A stretch of 63,504 nt of DNA, counting the filler, from Reclinomonas americana ATCC 50394 (lineage: Eukaryota), in the NCBI GenBank assembly GCA_048213135.1. It is 31 parts of 31 records of this genome, joined end to end, with 100 filler letters (N's around TTAATTAATTAA, not from the genome) between each part and the next. Parts side by side here need not be neighbours in the genome. Positions count along the whole stretch, not along the records: positions 10,391 to 12,364 come from AFZH01025093.1; positions 12,465 to 14,436 come from AFZH01025094.1; positions 14,537 to 16,504 come from AFZH01025095.1; positions 16,605 to 18,567 come from AFZH01025097.1; positions 18,668 to 20,630 come from AFZH01025098.1; positions 20,731 to 22,689 come from AFZH01025099.1; 25 more parts are not named here. The stretch is one strand, 5' to 3'. Below are positions 11,936 to 22,789 of the stretch, in pieces; the first letter of the stretch is position 1, and every line of letters starts with the position of its first letter. The position numbers were made by a program, and so were the translations under genes. The notes beneath the pieces are model-generated. The model did not search any database, was not told the origin of the DNA, and saw only the letters and a program-made list of their open reading frames with translations.

Positions 11936-12011
11936 CGCGGCGATCCGGGCGGTCCCGGGCCTCAGCTCATATCTGACGGCGTTGCGGGTTCGACTCCCGC
12001 CGTCGCGTCCA
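11936..12011 (+). tRNA. Atypical tRNA or tRNA-like RNA, anticodon CAT, encoded CCA
   Basis: Acceptor CGCGGCG/CGTCGCG; D arm CCGGG-CGGT-CCCGG; anticodon arm (GCC)TCAG-CTCATAT-CTGA(c)GGC; T arm GCGGG-TTCGACT-CCCGC; 3' end T-CCA; 76 nt. Confidence 0.82.
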
Positions 12012-12016
12012 CTCTG

Positions 12017-12364
12017 TCAGGAGCGGCTGGTCGCCTGTGCGGCGAGCCGCTTCTCGATCGGCTCCCACCCGCTCTCCAGGATCGCGAACCCGGCGTCGAG
12101 CGTGCTGAGCTGGTCCTCGTCCTCGTTGACGAGAAGCTGCATCTGCAGGACGAAGCGCGCGTAGACGCGGGTCTCGGCAGTGGGCTCCGGCAGCTCGAGC
12201 TCCTCGGCGATGGCGGCGGAGAGCGCGTCCTCGTGACGCAGCCACATCTTCGCCGCGTAGTCGCGCAGCGCGGGCGTCTCGTTGAGGAAGCGCAGGAAGA
12301 CGCGCGTGACGTCGTTGCCGTGCTCGTCGACGTTCGCCGTGATCTCCGCGGCGTAGAAATCGTG
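12017..12364 (-). CDS. TetR/AcrR-family regulator, C-terminal part (bacterial)
   Basis: Helical C-terminal region FLRFLNETPALRDYAAKMWLRHEDALSAAIAEEL...LDAGFAILESGW resembles actinobacterial TetR proteins; the HTH would be off-contig. Confidence 0.65.
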   Translation of the reverse strand, partial: HDFYAAEITANVDEHGNDVTRVFLRFLNETPALRDYAAKMWLRHEDALSAAIAEELELPEPTAETRVYARFVLQMQLLVNEDEDQLSTLDAGFAILESGWEPIEKRLAAQATSRS

Positions 12365-12464
12365 NNNNNNNNNNNNNNNNNNNNNNNNNNNNNNNNNNNN
12401 NNNNNNNNTTAATTAATTAANNNNNNNNNNNNNNNNNNNNNNNNNNNNNNNNNNNNNNNNNNNN

Positions 12465-13658
12465 TGGCACCACTGGTCGCCACCGGCTCTGTGCGATTGA
12501 TCGACTCATCGTGGTATATGCCAGCTGATAATCGCGACATCCACGCAGAGTGCGTGCATGCGAGAGAATGGAGGGAAGAGGATCAAGAATCACTCACCCA
12601 CTGGTTGCATGACAGATATGTGCAGCAGAGAATCCCCGGCGCCGTCTTCTTTGACATTGAACATGTGGCCGACCAGGCCGCTGGCCGACCGCATGCACTC
12701 CCGAGTGCAGAGTGGTTCGGCCATTGCATGGGCGAGCTTGGTACGTGTGCATGCATTTCACCTGTCACTGGTGCATTGTAATAACAACCTCATGTGGTGA
12801 CAGGAATCACTCCCGACGACGATGTTGTTGTCTGTTTCGTGCTTTGCTGAGTGTGCATTATATGCATCTCACTCAATGACTGCAATGACTGTGGTGCAGA
12901 CGACTCAAAGGGAGTGTTTGCATCGCCACGAGCGTGGTTCATGCTCAAGGCGTACGGGCATCGCGGCAGTGTGCGAGTGCTTGATGGCGGGCTGCCGGCG
13001 TGGCTGCGAGCGAAGCAGCCAGTGGAAAGCGGTGTGCCGACGCCACCCGTGAAGACCGAGGTCCGCTGCTGACAAAGTGCGCTGTCATGTCTCGTCGTCT
13101 CACGCTTGGATCGGTGCAGTACGTCGCCACTCTCAACCCGGCAGTGGTGCGCACGCTCGACGAGATGCGTGGCATTGTGTCGACGGGCGCGGAGCAGGTG
13201 TGCGACGCGCGACCAGCCGATCGCTTCTACGCTCGTGTGCCGGAACCGCGACAAGGCGTCCGCGGGGGTCACATGCCGGGAGCGCTGAGTGTGCCGTTCT
13301 TGACCTTGCAGAACGAAGATCGCACGATGAAGAGTGTGGAGGAGCTGCGAGTTGCGTTTGTCTGCATGCATGCACCACGTGGCTCGACAAGTCGACTCAA
13401 ACACACACACACGCACACAGCAAGTGTTCCTCGCTGCCGGAGTCGATCCGCAGCGACCGGTGGTGGCCTCGTGCGGCAGGTGCGATCTCTTTCGCTCTTC
13501 ACTCGCTTTCGTGTTGCTGACATTTGTCGCACAGTGGCATCACTGCCAACGTCATTCTGCTGGGTCTTCATCTGGCATTCCCCGAGACACGAGCGGCGCT
13601 CTTTGGAGGATCGTGGCTTGACTGGGGATCGCGCGCGGACACACCAATCGTCTCCTGA
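12465..13658 (+). CDS. MPST: 3-mercaptopyruvate/thiosulfate sulfurtransferase (tandem rhodanese), allele A, 5' truncated
   Basis: RLIDSSWYMP, RIPGAVFFDIE, SPRAWFMLKAYGH, VLDGGLPAW, DARPADRF, RGGHMPGA and a spliced active-site loop CGSGITA. Stop at 13656-13658. Confidence 0.93.
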
Positions 13659-14342
13659 CGGGAACGAGAGTACAGCACAGATTTTTTTCATTTGAACGGC
13701 GGGGGAGGAACACAGAAACACAGACCAGCACTCGGTGCACGATGATGACTCGACGCAGGAGCGAGTAGGAAGAGAGAGAGAGAGAGAGACTGCACAACCA
13801 GATGTGCCTGCACACGCTGCAGGCAGGCTGGTGCAAAACCACTTTTTAGAGAGTAACACACGCACACACACACAACAAAAAAAAGGAGGGGAAAAAACAG
13901 AAGGGAAAAGCAAACGGACTAACGGCAACAAAACCACGACGAGGAAAGCGCGAGAAAACCCAACAACAGCACACGTGCACACATCAGAAGCGCGCAACCC
14001 AACGTCGCAAACACTAGCACACTAAAGAGAAAGAAAGAGACAAACATCATAAAAGAACGCAGTCGACAATACTCCACCACCACACAACCACACGCCAAAA
14101 GCTGCCAACCACAACCACAACAACAACAACAAGAGAAACGCAGTCAGCATGCACGATCGCCGCCACAGACACTTGGATACGCGCACACTTCTCTTCACCT
14201 CTACCTCATCCGCCAAGCACCAGTCCGTGTCCCCACATCCCATCCCGCCGCCACCGAAATTCGCACAGTGTCCACGCATGCCACTACTAAAGGTCAGCAG
14301 CCACACACGTCACAGGCGATGCCATTGGAGGAAGAGTGGTGA

Positions 14343-14436
14343 TTAGTTTCCTCCCGCCGGTGCCGGTGCAGCACCAGCAGACGCGGGACGATCGCCACCA
14401 CCGCGGCCACCACGACGGCCACCACGGTCACCGCCG
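14343..14436 (-). CDS. C-terminal RGG-rich tail of a convergent gene (also at 53281-53374)
   Basis: GGDRGGRRGGRGGGDRPASAGAAPAPAGGN followed by a stop. Confidence 0.5.
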
Positions 14437-14642
14437 NNNNNNNNNNNNNNNNNNNNNNNNNNNNNNNNNNNNNNNNNNNNTTAATTAATTAANNNNNNNN
14501 NNNNNNNNNNNNNNNNNNNNNNNNNNNNNNNNNNNNAACACATTTTTTTAAAAAGCCCCCCTTCCAAAGCAAACAACGAGTGAGTGATTGGTGGATTGTC
14601 TAGAGTACAATTACGCCATTAATCCCATTCGCACGCACACGA

Positions 14643-15595
14643 CTACAAGTGCAGCTGCAGCACGGCGACGGTGAGGTCGTCGAGCGACAACTTGGCCTCC
14701 ATCTCATCCTCATTTGCCATCTCCATCAGCCGTCGACATGCCAGCTCGGCGCTCGGCGACGAGCCAAACACATTGGCGGCCACCACCTGCGCCGTGACCC
14801 GCCCGCCATTCGCATCCCACAGACCATCGGTGGCCACCACCAGCGCCACATCCCGATCGCGCAACAGCTGATACTGCACCACGCTCGGCTCGCTCACCAC
14901 CCCCCACCGTCGCATATCGAGATCGCCAAAGGAGCGCGTCATGGCCAGCACCTTGCTCTCGTCCACCGGCGACACCACGTACCCATCATGATCGATGCGG
15001 GCGCCCGTGGCCCGCACTCGCTGCTGCTCCCTCTCATCGACCAGCGGTCGATGCAACGGAACCGTCAATCGCTCGCCCTCCATGCCGCCCTCCTGCTGTT
15101 GCCGACGCACCACCACTGCCGCCGAGTCACCGACCCACGCCACCGACACCAGTCCACGCGCATCCACCACCACCAGCGTCGCCGTCGCTCCCGACGACTC
15201 GGCCGTGGCGCCCTCCTCCATCGCATCGACCTCGGCGGACACACGCGCAAACAGGTCCACCAGACGTGCCTCGCTGACCTCCCCATCACCGCCACCACCA
15301 GCACGACTCAGCTCCACCAGTCGACGGGCGACCAGCTCGGCGACCTCTTCGCCTCGCGGACCGTGTCCATCGCACACGCACAGTACAGTGAGCTCGGCGT
15401 CGTCGCGGCTTGTGTAGACCACCACGCGGTCTTGGTTGGGCGTGGCGGAATCCAGGTGCAACGAGCCAGGCGCCGTGTCAGTCGCCGAGTGGAAGCGCGG
15501 AGCACGTACTCTGTGGTGAGATGTGGGACAGGGCAACAGGAGAAGGAGTAGTAGGAGGAGGTGGACAAGGTGAGAGGACGCAACGTGGGCTCCAT
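14643..15595 (-). CDS. PP2C-family protein phosphatase (one intron, 15511-15584)
   Basis: NQDR, VCDGHG, SGATA, AWVGDS, LAMTRSFGD, ATDGLWD and DDLTV motifs. Confidence 0.93.
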
Positions 15596-15789
15596 CCGGG
15601 TCAAGTGAGCCTCGCAGTCGTTGTTTCGTTGGGAAGCTGAGTGAGACTGAACGTGTCCTGCAACGAAGAATGGTTTTAGTTCAACTGTGGATCTTACGCA
15701 GCTGTGAAGTTTACACTTGATCCTCCTTAATGCACTCCCCGCATGCAGCTTACCTTCGTTGCTCTCGGTCGACGTCGACGTTGCATGAA

Positions 15790-16345
15790 CGATGAACGTC
15801 GATGTTCACATCGTTGCAAGCTCCGGGCGTCCACGAACTGCACTGATCTCCGCACCTCACTATGTCCAGACACACGCTCTGTCTACACAGCTGCTCAGCC
15901 GCAGCGCCTTGCAAAACTCCACGCGGAGTCTCCCGACGTTCCGACAGACAATTGCTATTTCGACTTTTGCGACTTTCATGCAACGCGCAGTGGACGCGCT
16001 GCGTCTTCTGCAGGGCGTCTTCACCGTCGCGCAAGAAGGCGTGTCGCTCACCGCACAACAGGCACGTCCACGCGCATGACACACACTCGCTCTCACACAC
16101 TCACTCACTCACTCACTCATAGTTTGCTCGTTGTGCGCGTCGCTCTGGGTTCAATCTCCCTCTGCGTCCACCTGCCTCAACACCGACATCACCTCCACCA
16201 CCAGCACCAGTGCAATCTGCAACAGCGTTCACACTGGTGAAGGAGACTCCGCCTCCAGTCACGGACTTGGTGCCTGCACCAGTGACTGCAGTGGTGCCTG
16301 CAAACACAGTCACGCCACCTCCATCGTTGAGTGAGAGAGAGAGAG

Positions 16346-16397
<52 letters not shown>

Positions 16398-16504
16398 ACG
16401 TGCTGATGCCTGTGTCGCCCAGAGAGATTGTGATTGCGCCAGAGGAATCGTCGCCAGCGACACTGACTGCGGTGGAGATGGACTTGCCACAGCGCAAGTT
16501 TGTT
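15790..16504 (+). CDS. Hypothetical multi-exon gene, divergent from PP2C
   Basis: Coding-like segments separated by CA/GT-rich intron-like tracts. No family recognised. Confidence 0.3.
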
Positions 16505-16604
16505 NNNNNNNNNNNNNNNNNNNNNNNNNNNNNNNNNNNNNNNNNNNNTTAATTAATTAANNNNNNNNNNNNNNNNNNNNNNNNNNNNNNNNNNNNNNNN
16601 NNNN

Positions 16605-18567
16605 AGACTTGCCGCAGGGAAACGTGTCTTCCCGCTCGAAACTCAAACTATTGTCGCCTTTCCTCCTATGCAGGCACCCGCGAGCGCTGTTGACGTTGCA
16701 CATTTTGGAGCTGTTTGCCGAGTGCAATTTCATGTCGGGCCGCTCGCAGGTCCCTGCTCGGTACTTCCACAACTTCCGCGTAATCGACTCCAAGTCTCGC
16801 CGTGCGGACGACAGCGGTCGTGCACCACCGCTCTGTGTCAAGCCATACGAACTGGCTTGCACCGATGCACCGGGCTCGCGGCGGTGGACGCTGGACGAGA
16901 GTGCAGCACTGGTGCGCCTGGTCATGGAGATTGCGCAGAGTGAGCATCTGCCGCCGCCGGCCGACGAAGACACCGAGCCGGATGCCGATCGTCGTTGCGT
17001 TTTCCAAAGCACTGCATGTTGTCGTTTACGTTCGAATCGCTGACTCACGAGTCGTGCAGGTGCGCGTGAGATCTCCAACGACTTGCGCGACATGCTGAAG
17101 GCCGTGGTCGATCAGGATCGTCTCAAGAACCAGCAGAGCTTTGTGTTGCCGCACGTGATGCAGGGCGTGTTCCCTGCGCTGCCGGTGAGCGCCGGTGCAC
17201 CAGAGTGCTCTCTCTGTCTCCTTCACAAGCTGACTTGAGGTTGTGTGTGTGTGTGCGTGTGCAGAACCGAACTCCGGCCGAGTGTGCAGCTCGCTTCAAG
17301 CTCGTGTGGAACCTCAACAAGGTGTTCTCCGACTTTATGAGTTGCGCAAGACTGACAGACAGAGACGCACACACATGCGATTTCGTGCTAATGCGTGCAT
17401 GTGTCGCGCGCTGCTGCAGCTTTGGTGGCCGATCAGCCGCGCCGTCCGTTTGACGAATTGCGCGGCACCAAGATCGACGTGCAGTCGCTGATGCACGTGC
17501 TGTCGGTGTCTGGAGCTGTCCGCACGCTCAAGATCCTGCTGTTCGAGTCCATCAAGAAGCGACTCTTGGCTCGCGCGCTGCAGCTGCGGGAGGCCAGTGG
17601 CAAGCGCCCAGAAGCGATCGCCATTACCGTCGACCGCATCGGCGCTTCCGAGGGCCGTGCGAGTTGCGTCCGTCGGGTGTGGTAGATTGAGATTTCCCCC
17701 TCTCCGTACTTACTCGGTGTGTGCGTGTGTCTGCGTTTGCGTTTTCCAGAGCCGGTGTTTGTGCAGATTTCGGACGCGATGAAGCCGCAGCTGCTGCTGT
17801 GGCAGACGGCAGAGTACAACTTCAAGAACCACAGCCGCATCTACCGCATCGAGCTTCGCGGCGAGCGAGCGCAGGACGCCGGTGGCCCGTTCCGCGAGAG
17901 CATCTCCCACATGTGCCAGGATCTGCAGTCGGAGTCGTTCGACTTGCTGATTCCGCCACCGAGTGCTCGGTACTCGATTGGCGGCGTCAAGGGTCAGTTT
18001 ATCGTGAATCCGGCCAAGACCGACGACGAGAGCATGGCACACTTTGTGTTCCTCGGCTTCCTCATGGGCATGGCTGTCATCTCGCACGCGCCGCTGCCGC
18101 TGGACTTGCCCAAGTTCTTCTTCAAGAAGCTGGGCGGCGAAACAGTCACCGAGGCCGACTACCGTGAGTTGGATCCGATGCCGTGGCTGGAGTCGCTGGA
18201 GACTGCGCAGGGTTTGTCACATTCCCTTGTCCCCTTGTTCGAGCAGTGAGTAGCAGTGTGCTGAAAGAAGGCGTGTGTCGCACAGATGCCGAGGCCACGT
18301 TCTCGATCCACAGCTTGGACGGTGTGCACAAGATCGACCTGATTGGCGAGGCCAGTGCGTCGACGCCGGTGACGGCGGACAACTGGGAGCACTTCCGCGC
18401 GCTGGTGCTGGAGGCGCGCCTGAAGGAGCTAGACCCGCAGCTGGCGGCTGTGCGCCAGGGCATTGCCATTGTGCTGCCGATCAACGAGTTCTGCCTGCTC
18501 AGCGCCGAGGAGATGGAGACGCACATTTGCGGCTCGCCCAACATCACCGTCGAGCAGCTGAAGGCGG
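16605..18567 (+). CDS. HECT-domain E3 ubiquitin ligase fragment (HERC-like HECT N-lobe)
   Basis: GERAQDAGGPFRESISHMCQDLQS, FIVNP, FVFLGFLMGMAV, LPLDLP..FFKKL, AVRQGI...EEMETHICGSP. Confidence 0.92.
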
Positions 18568-18698
18568 NNNNNNNNNNNNNNNNNNNNNNNNNNNNNNNNN
18601 NNNNNNNNNNNTTAATTAATTAANNNNNNNNNNNNNNNNNNNNNNNNNNNNNNNNNNNNNNNNNNNNCGTCCTCCGTCGTCGTCGTCGTCGTCGACGA

Positions 18699-18751
<53 letters not shown>

Positions 18752-19130
18752 AACATCGGACTGAAAGTCAGCCAGTAAGGTGCGCACTCTGTCGGGAGTT
18801 GCACACACACAGACAACGCACAGAGAGGGAGAGAGAGTAAAGAGCTGACACGCTCTTCTGAGAGTTGATTCACAAGCGCTCACGCACAGACATATACGCA
18901 GAGAAAGAGGGGTTTAGCGAGCGAGCAGACTGAATACATCCTGTCAGGTGCACACTCTTCTGAGAGTTGATTCACGAGCACTCACGCACACACACTCAGA
19001 GAGAGGCTGAATTACAGCCGGCCAGATGCACACTCTACAAAGGGTTGATATTCACAAGCACACGTACGCCACCCACTTTACCTTCCGCCCCCCTCCCCTC
19101 TCACCCCTCCCCCCCCCCCCCCTTGCGCAG

Positions 19131-20283
19131 GTCGCCAACATCTCCCCCCTCCTCTTCGTCGCCCTCGGCCACTGCTTCCGCATCCGCGAATCCGTCTTCA
19201 TCCCCATCTTCATCGTGCTGGGCGTGGTCGACACGGCACTGCTGGCGGTGTTTTGGCAGACCACCGTGAACGGACACAGTGTCGCCCTGCTGCTGCTGTC
19301 GTGCCTGTCGGGCATTGTCGGCTGCACGGGCGTCGTCATGCTGTATGCCTACGTCAACTCGAATTTCGTGCCCCTCATGCTGTCGGCCGTGTCCACTGGA
19401 CTCTGTTGCGTCCATCAACACCGCCACCGCGTGTTCGTCCCTCACTTATTCACTCCCCCCACCAGCCGGCAGCGGCGGCTTCACCTCGCTCCTCTCGCTC
19501 CTGCAGGGCGTGTCGCTGTCGGACACGGTGCAGACGCGCTTCTCGGTGGAGTCGTACTTTTGGATTGTGACCTCGGCCACGGTGGTCTCCTTTGTGGGCA
19601 TGCTGTGGATGCACCACTCGGCGTTCGGACACCGCCTGCGACGTGCCGACGGTGGCGCCGAGGCGGTGGGCAAGCAGCCGCTGGCCGAGCAGGAGACGTC
19701 GGTGTGGGGCAAACGCAAGTGGGCCACGCTCACCGTGCAGGAGATGGTGCGCGATGTGGAGTCGCGATTTCATTCGCGCTTCACCACCGAGCCGCCACTC
19801 TCCAAGGCCCCCGCCAGCTCACTGCGCATCCACACGGTGTGGCGCTCGTTCGAGTTGCCGCCGCACGAGGTGGGTGAGCCGGTGGCACTGAAGGAGGCGA
19901 CGCTGTTGGAGCTGGTCAACGACTACCTGGTGGCACGCAACCCGCAGCACCTGTTGTGGACGCGCACGTCCGAGGGCTGGAAACTGCTCTCCGTCGCTCT
20001 CGGTCTGTCGGCCGCCGCCGATCGCACGCTGACCGTGTACGATCGACTCGATTTTCTGATTGACGGCGACGAGTACGGCGAAGGGGAGGACGACGATCTC
20101 GTGTCGCTCGAGTCGGAGCCGACGACCGACACGAGCGAGTCGAGCACCACGGTCAAGCTGCTGAAGGAGCGCACGCTGGTCGACAATGACGAGGCGTTTC
20201 GCAGTGTGAATTGGAGTGTGCGCGATGTGGAGCAGTCGTTTGTGGCGATTCCACTCAGTGCGGCCACCAAGAAGCGCACCATG
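19131..20283 (+). CDS. SLC52 (riboflavin transporter)-like membrane protein, internal fragment
   Basis: VANISPLL...AVFWQTT..GHSVALL...VGCTGVV...SLLQG...RFSVESYF parallels the N-terminal half of SLC52/RFVT. Confidence 0.72.
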
Positions 20284-20730
20284 TATGTGTTGTTTAGTTG
20301 CGGAAGGGGGAGGGGAGGAAGGAGGGGGAAGGGGAAGGGGGAGGGGAAGGGGGAGGGGGAGGAGGAGAAGGAGGAGGAGGGGAAGGGGAGGAGGAGGTGG
20401 TGGAAGGAGAAGGAGAAGAAAAAGAAGAAGAAGAAGGAACAGGAAGAGGAGGAAGAGAAGAAGAAGATTGAGGAGGAGAAGTAAACGAGGAAGACGAAGA
20501 AGAAGTTGGAAAGAACAGGAGGAGGAGGAGGAGGAAAAGGAGGAGGAAGAACAAGAAGAGGAAGAAAAACAAGAGCAAGAAGGAGAAGAACAAGGACAAG
20601 TACAAGCAGAAGAAGAAAGAAGAAGAGGAANNNNNNNNNNNNNNNNNNNNNNNNNNNNNNNNNNNNNNNNNNNNTTAATTAATTAANNNNNNNNNNNNNN
20701 NNNNNNNNNNNNNNNNNNNNNNNNNNNNNN

Positions 20731-20768
<38 letters not shown>

Positions 20769-20771
<3 letters not shown>

Positions 20772-20882
20772 GTGGCCTACCACTTTACGTATTTTGTGCG
20801 CGCGGCGCCGGCGAGTGGCGAGGGCGTGACGCATTTGTGGGAGCTGGATGGCATGCGCGAGGCGCTAGAGATGGAGATTTGA
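20769..20882 (+). pseudogene. Isolated ubiquitin C-terminal hydrolase (peptidase C12) catalytic fragment
   Basis: YHFTYFV...HLWELDGMR contains the catalytic His and Asp motifs; a stop follows shortly after; a (GA)n tract precedes it. Confidence 0.6.
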
Positions 20883-21219
20883 TTATTTTGTGGTGCGAGG
20901 GTGCGCTGGAGAAGCAGTGAGGGTGAGAGATGCAACAGGCACAGCTTGAGGAGGCGGCATCTGATGCAGAGGCTTGAAGAGCGAGAGATATCAGCTTCGT
21001 GTGGAATTGAGAGCAAGGGAGAGTGTGTAGCTTGAGGCGCTTGCTGGTGAGGTTTCAGGGAGAGAGAGGGAGAGTTTCTTCTCGCAGCAGCGTTCTGTGT
21101 TGACGGACGAGACAATATTGATGCGAGAAGCGAATGCCTCATGCACATGATATTGAGGCTGTGCGTTGTGTGGATCGATGTTACTGGTGAAGCAGGAGCC
21201 GACACTGAAAGTTGCACGT

Positions 21220-21790
21220 GCTCTGTGCCGATGGAACACATGACAGGCGACGGACGCCAAGCGTTGGAGACCTGCGTCTGGAGAAAGTGCTTTGTGCTGA
21301 TTGAACTCATGGCAGGTGAAGCCAACAAGTGTCAATTGTCTCTGCCGATCAAAGCATTAACAGGCGATTGATGTTAAGCACACGTCTCGAGAAGGAGCTT
21401 GTGTCTATGGATGTCAAGCATGAACCAACAAGTGTTCGAGACGATAAGCTCTGCCGATCAAAGCATTGACAGGCGACGGACGCCAAGCGTCGGCTGGAGA
21501 AAGTGCTTTGTGCTGATGGAACTCATGGCAGGTGATGCCAAGCGCGAAACAACAAGTGTCCATCGTCTCTGCCGATCAAAGCATTGACAGGCGATTGGTG
21601 TTAAGCACACGTCTCGATAAACAGCTTTGTGTCGATTGATGGTTGAATTCAAGCACTAGCCGACAACGGTCCAAGGCAGTGCCACTGGAAAGCACGACAG
21701 GCGACGAAGAGCAACAAGAGTTTCTCTGCCGATCGATGTCATGACATGCGACGGACGCCAAGCACGATCCTTGGTGCCGATCAATGCCAT
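21220..21790. repeat. Degenerate tandem repeat, period about 225-230 bp, with internal sub-repeats
   Basis: ACAGGCGACGGACGCCAAGCGT...GTTAAGCACACGTCTCGA occurs twice; CTCTGCCGATC occurs four times. Confidence 0.8.
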
Positions 21791-21932
21791 GACAAGCATT
21801 TCACATACGGAGAGAAAACAACGCTTCCTTCTCCTTCTCTTCTTCCCCTTCTCCTCCCCATTCACCCTCCCAGCTCCTCGTTACGCTTCTGTTTACGAGA
21901 GACTTAACAACCTCCACGCCGCGCTCCATCCC

Positions 21933-22335
21933 TCAAGCATGCGCCCCCGTATCCTCATCCGGCATCTGTCGCGTCGACACATCCACCGTGTTCGCCACGC
22001 CCATCTCCGTCGCCGTCACATCGTATCCCTGCGTGCCATCGACGCTCATCTGCAACACGAAAGAAGAAGTAATGAGCAACGCAACAAACAACCAGCAGTG
22101 AGACACCGTGTGATGATGCATAACATCGTTGCGCTGTGAGTGAGAAAGAGCAACAGTGAGCAACTATGGACGCGACAATAAGCAGAGCAAACAGCACGCA
22201 CCGTGCCCATGACTGTGGCCTGCGTGTACCAAGAGAGCGTGTGTCAGCATGATGATGCACTGGTTTGTGGCACAGAGAGAGCAGACGCAACATGCACAGA
22301 GGCGCTGGTGTTGTTGGAAGACGAGGCGCCCATTC
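21933..22335 (-). CDS. 3' exons of an unidentified gene
   Basis: Terminal exon MSVDGTQGYDV...TGAHA then stop; upstream exon contains HAGHSHGH. Confidence 0.35.
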
Positions 22336-22789
22336 TGTGTGGGAGGAGGGGGAGTGAGAGGGAGTGGCAAAGGAGAAGGAGAAGGAGAAGGGAAGGGGGA
22401 AGAGAAGGAGGAAAAAGGAGAGGAGGAGGTGGAGGAGGAGGAGGTGGAAAAGGAGAAGGGGAAGGAGAAGAGGAAGGAGTAGAGGAGAGAAGAAGAAGGA
22501 GAGGAAGGAGGAGGGGGAGTGAGAGGGATTGGCAAAGGAGAAAGAGAAGGGGGAAGAGAAGGGGGAAGAGAAAGAGAAAGAGGAGGTGGAAAAGGAGAAG
22601 GGGAAGAAGGAGAAGGGGAAGAAGGAGAAGGGGAAGGGAAGAAGGAGAAGGGAAGGGAGAACGAGAAGGGAAGAAGAAGGGAAGGAGAANNNNNNNNNNN
22701 NNNNNNNNNNNNNNNNNNNNNNNNNNNNNNNNNTTAATTAATTAANNNNNNNNNNNNNNNNNNNNNNNNNNNNNNNNNNNNNNNNNNNN

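Noticed and set aside
10760..11976. Overlapping 350-aa and 374-aa ORFs on the bacterial contig
   Set aside because: They are shadow ORFs of high-GC coding DNA; only the hydrophobic frame looks protein-like.
11984..12011. The T arm plus CCA as a mere attachment-site (attL/attR) remnant
   Set aside because: The complementary 5' acceptor strand, D arm, anticodon arm and promoter are all present, so it is a full-length gene.
21220..21790. CRISPR-like array (likewise 47770-48510 and 54250-55110)
   Set aside because: Inter-core sequences are homologous to each other or irregular in length, no cas genes are present, and the context is eukaryotic.
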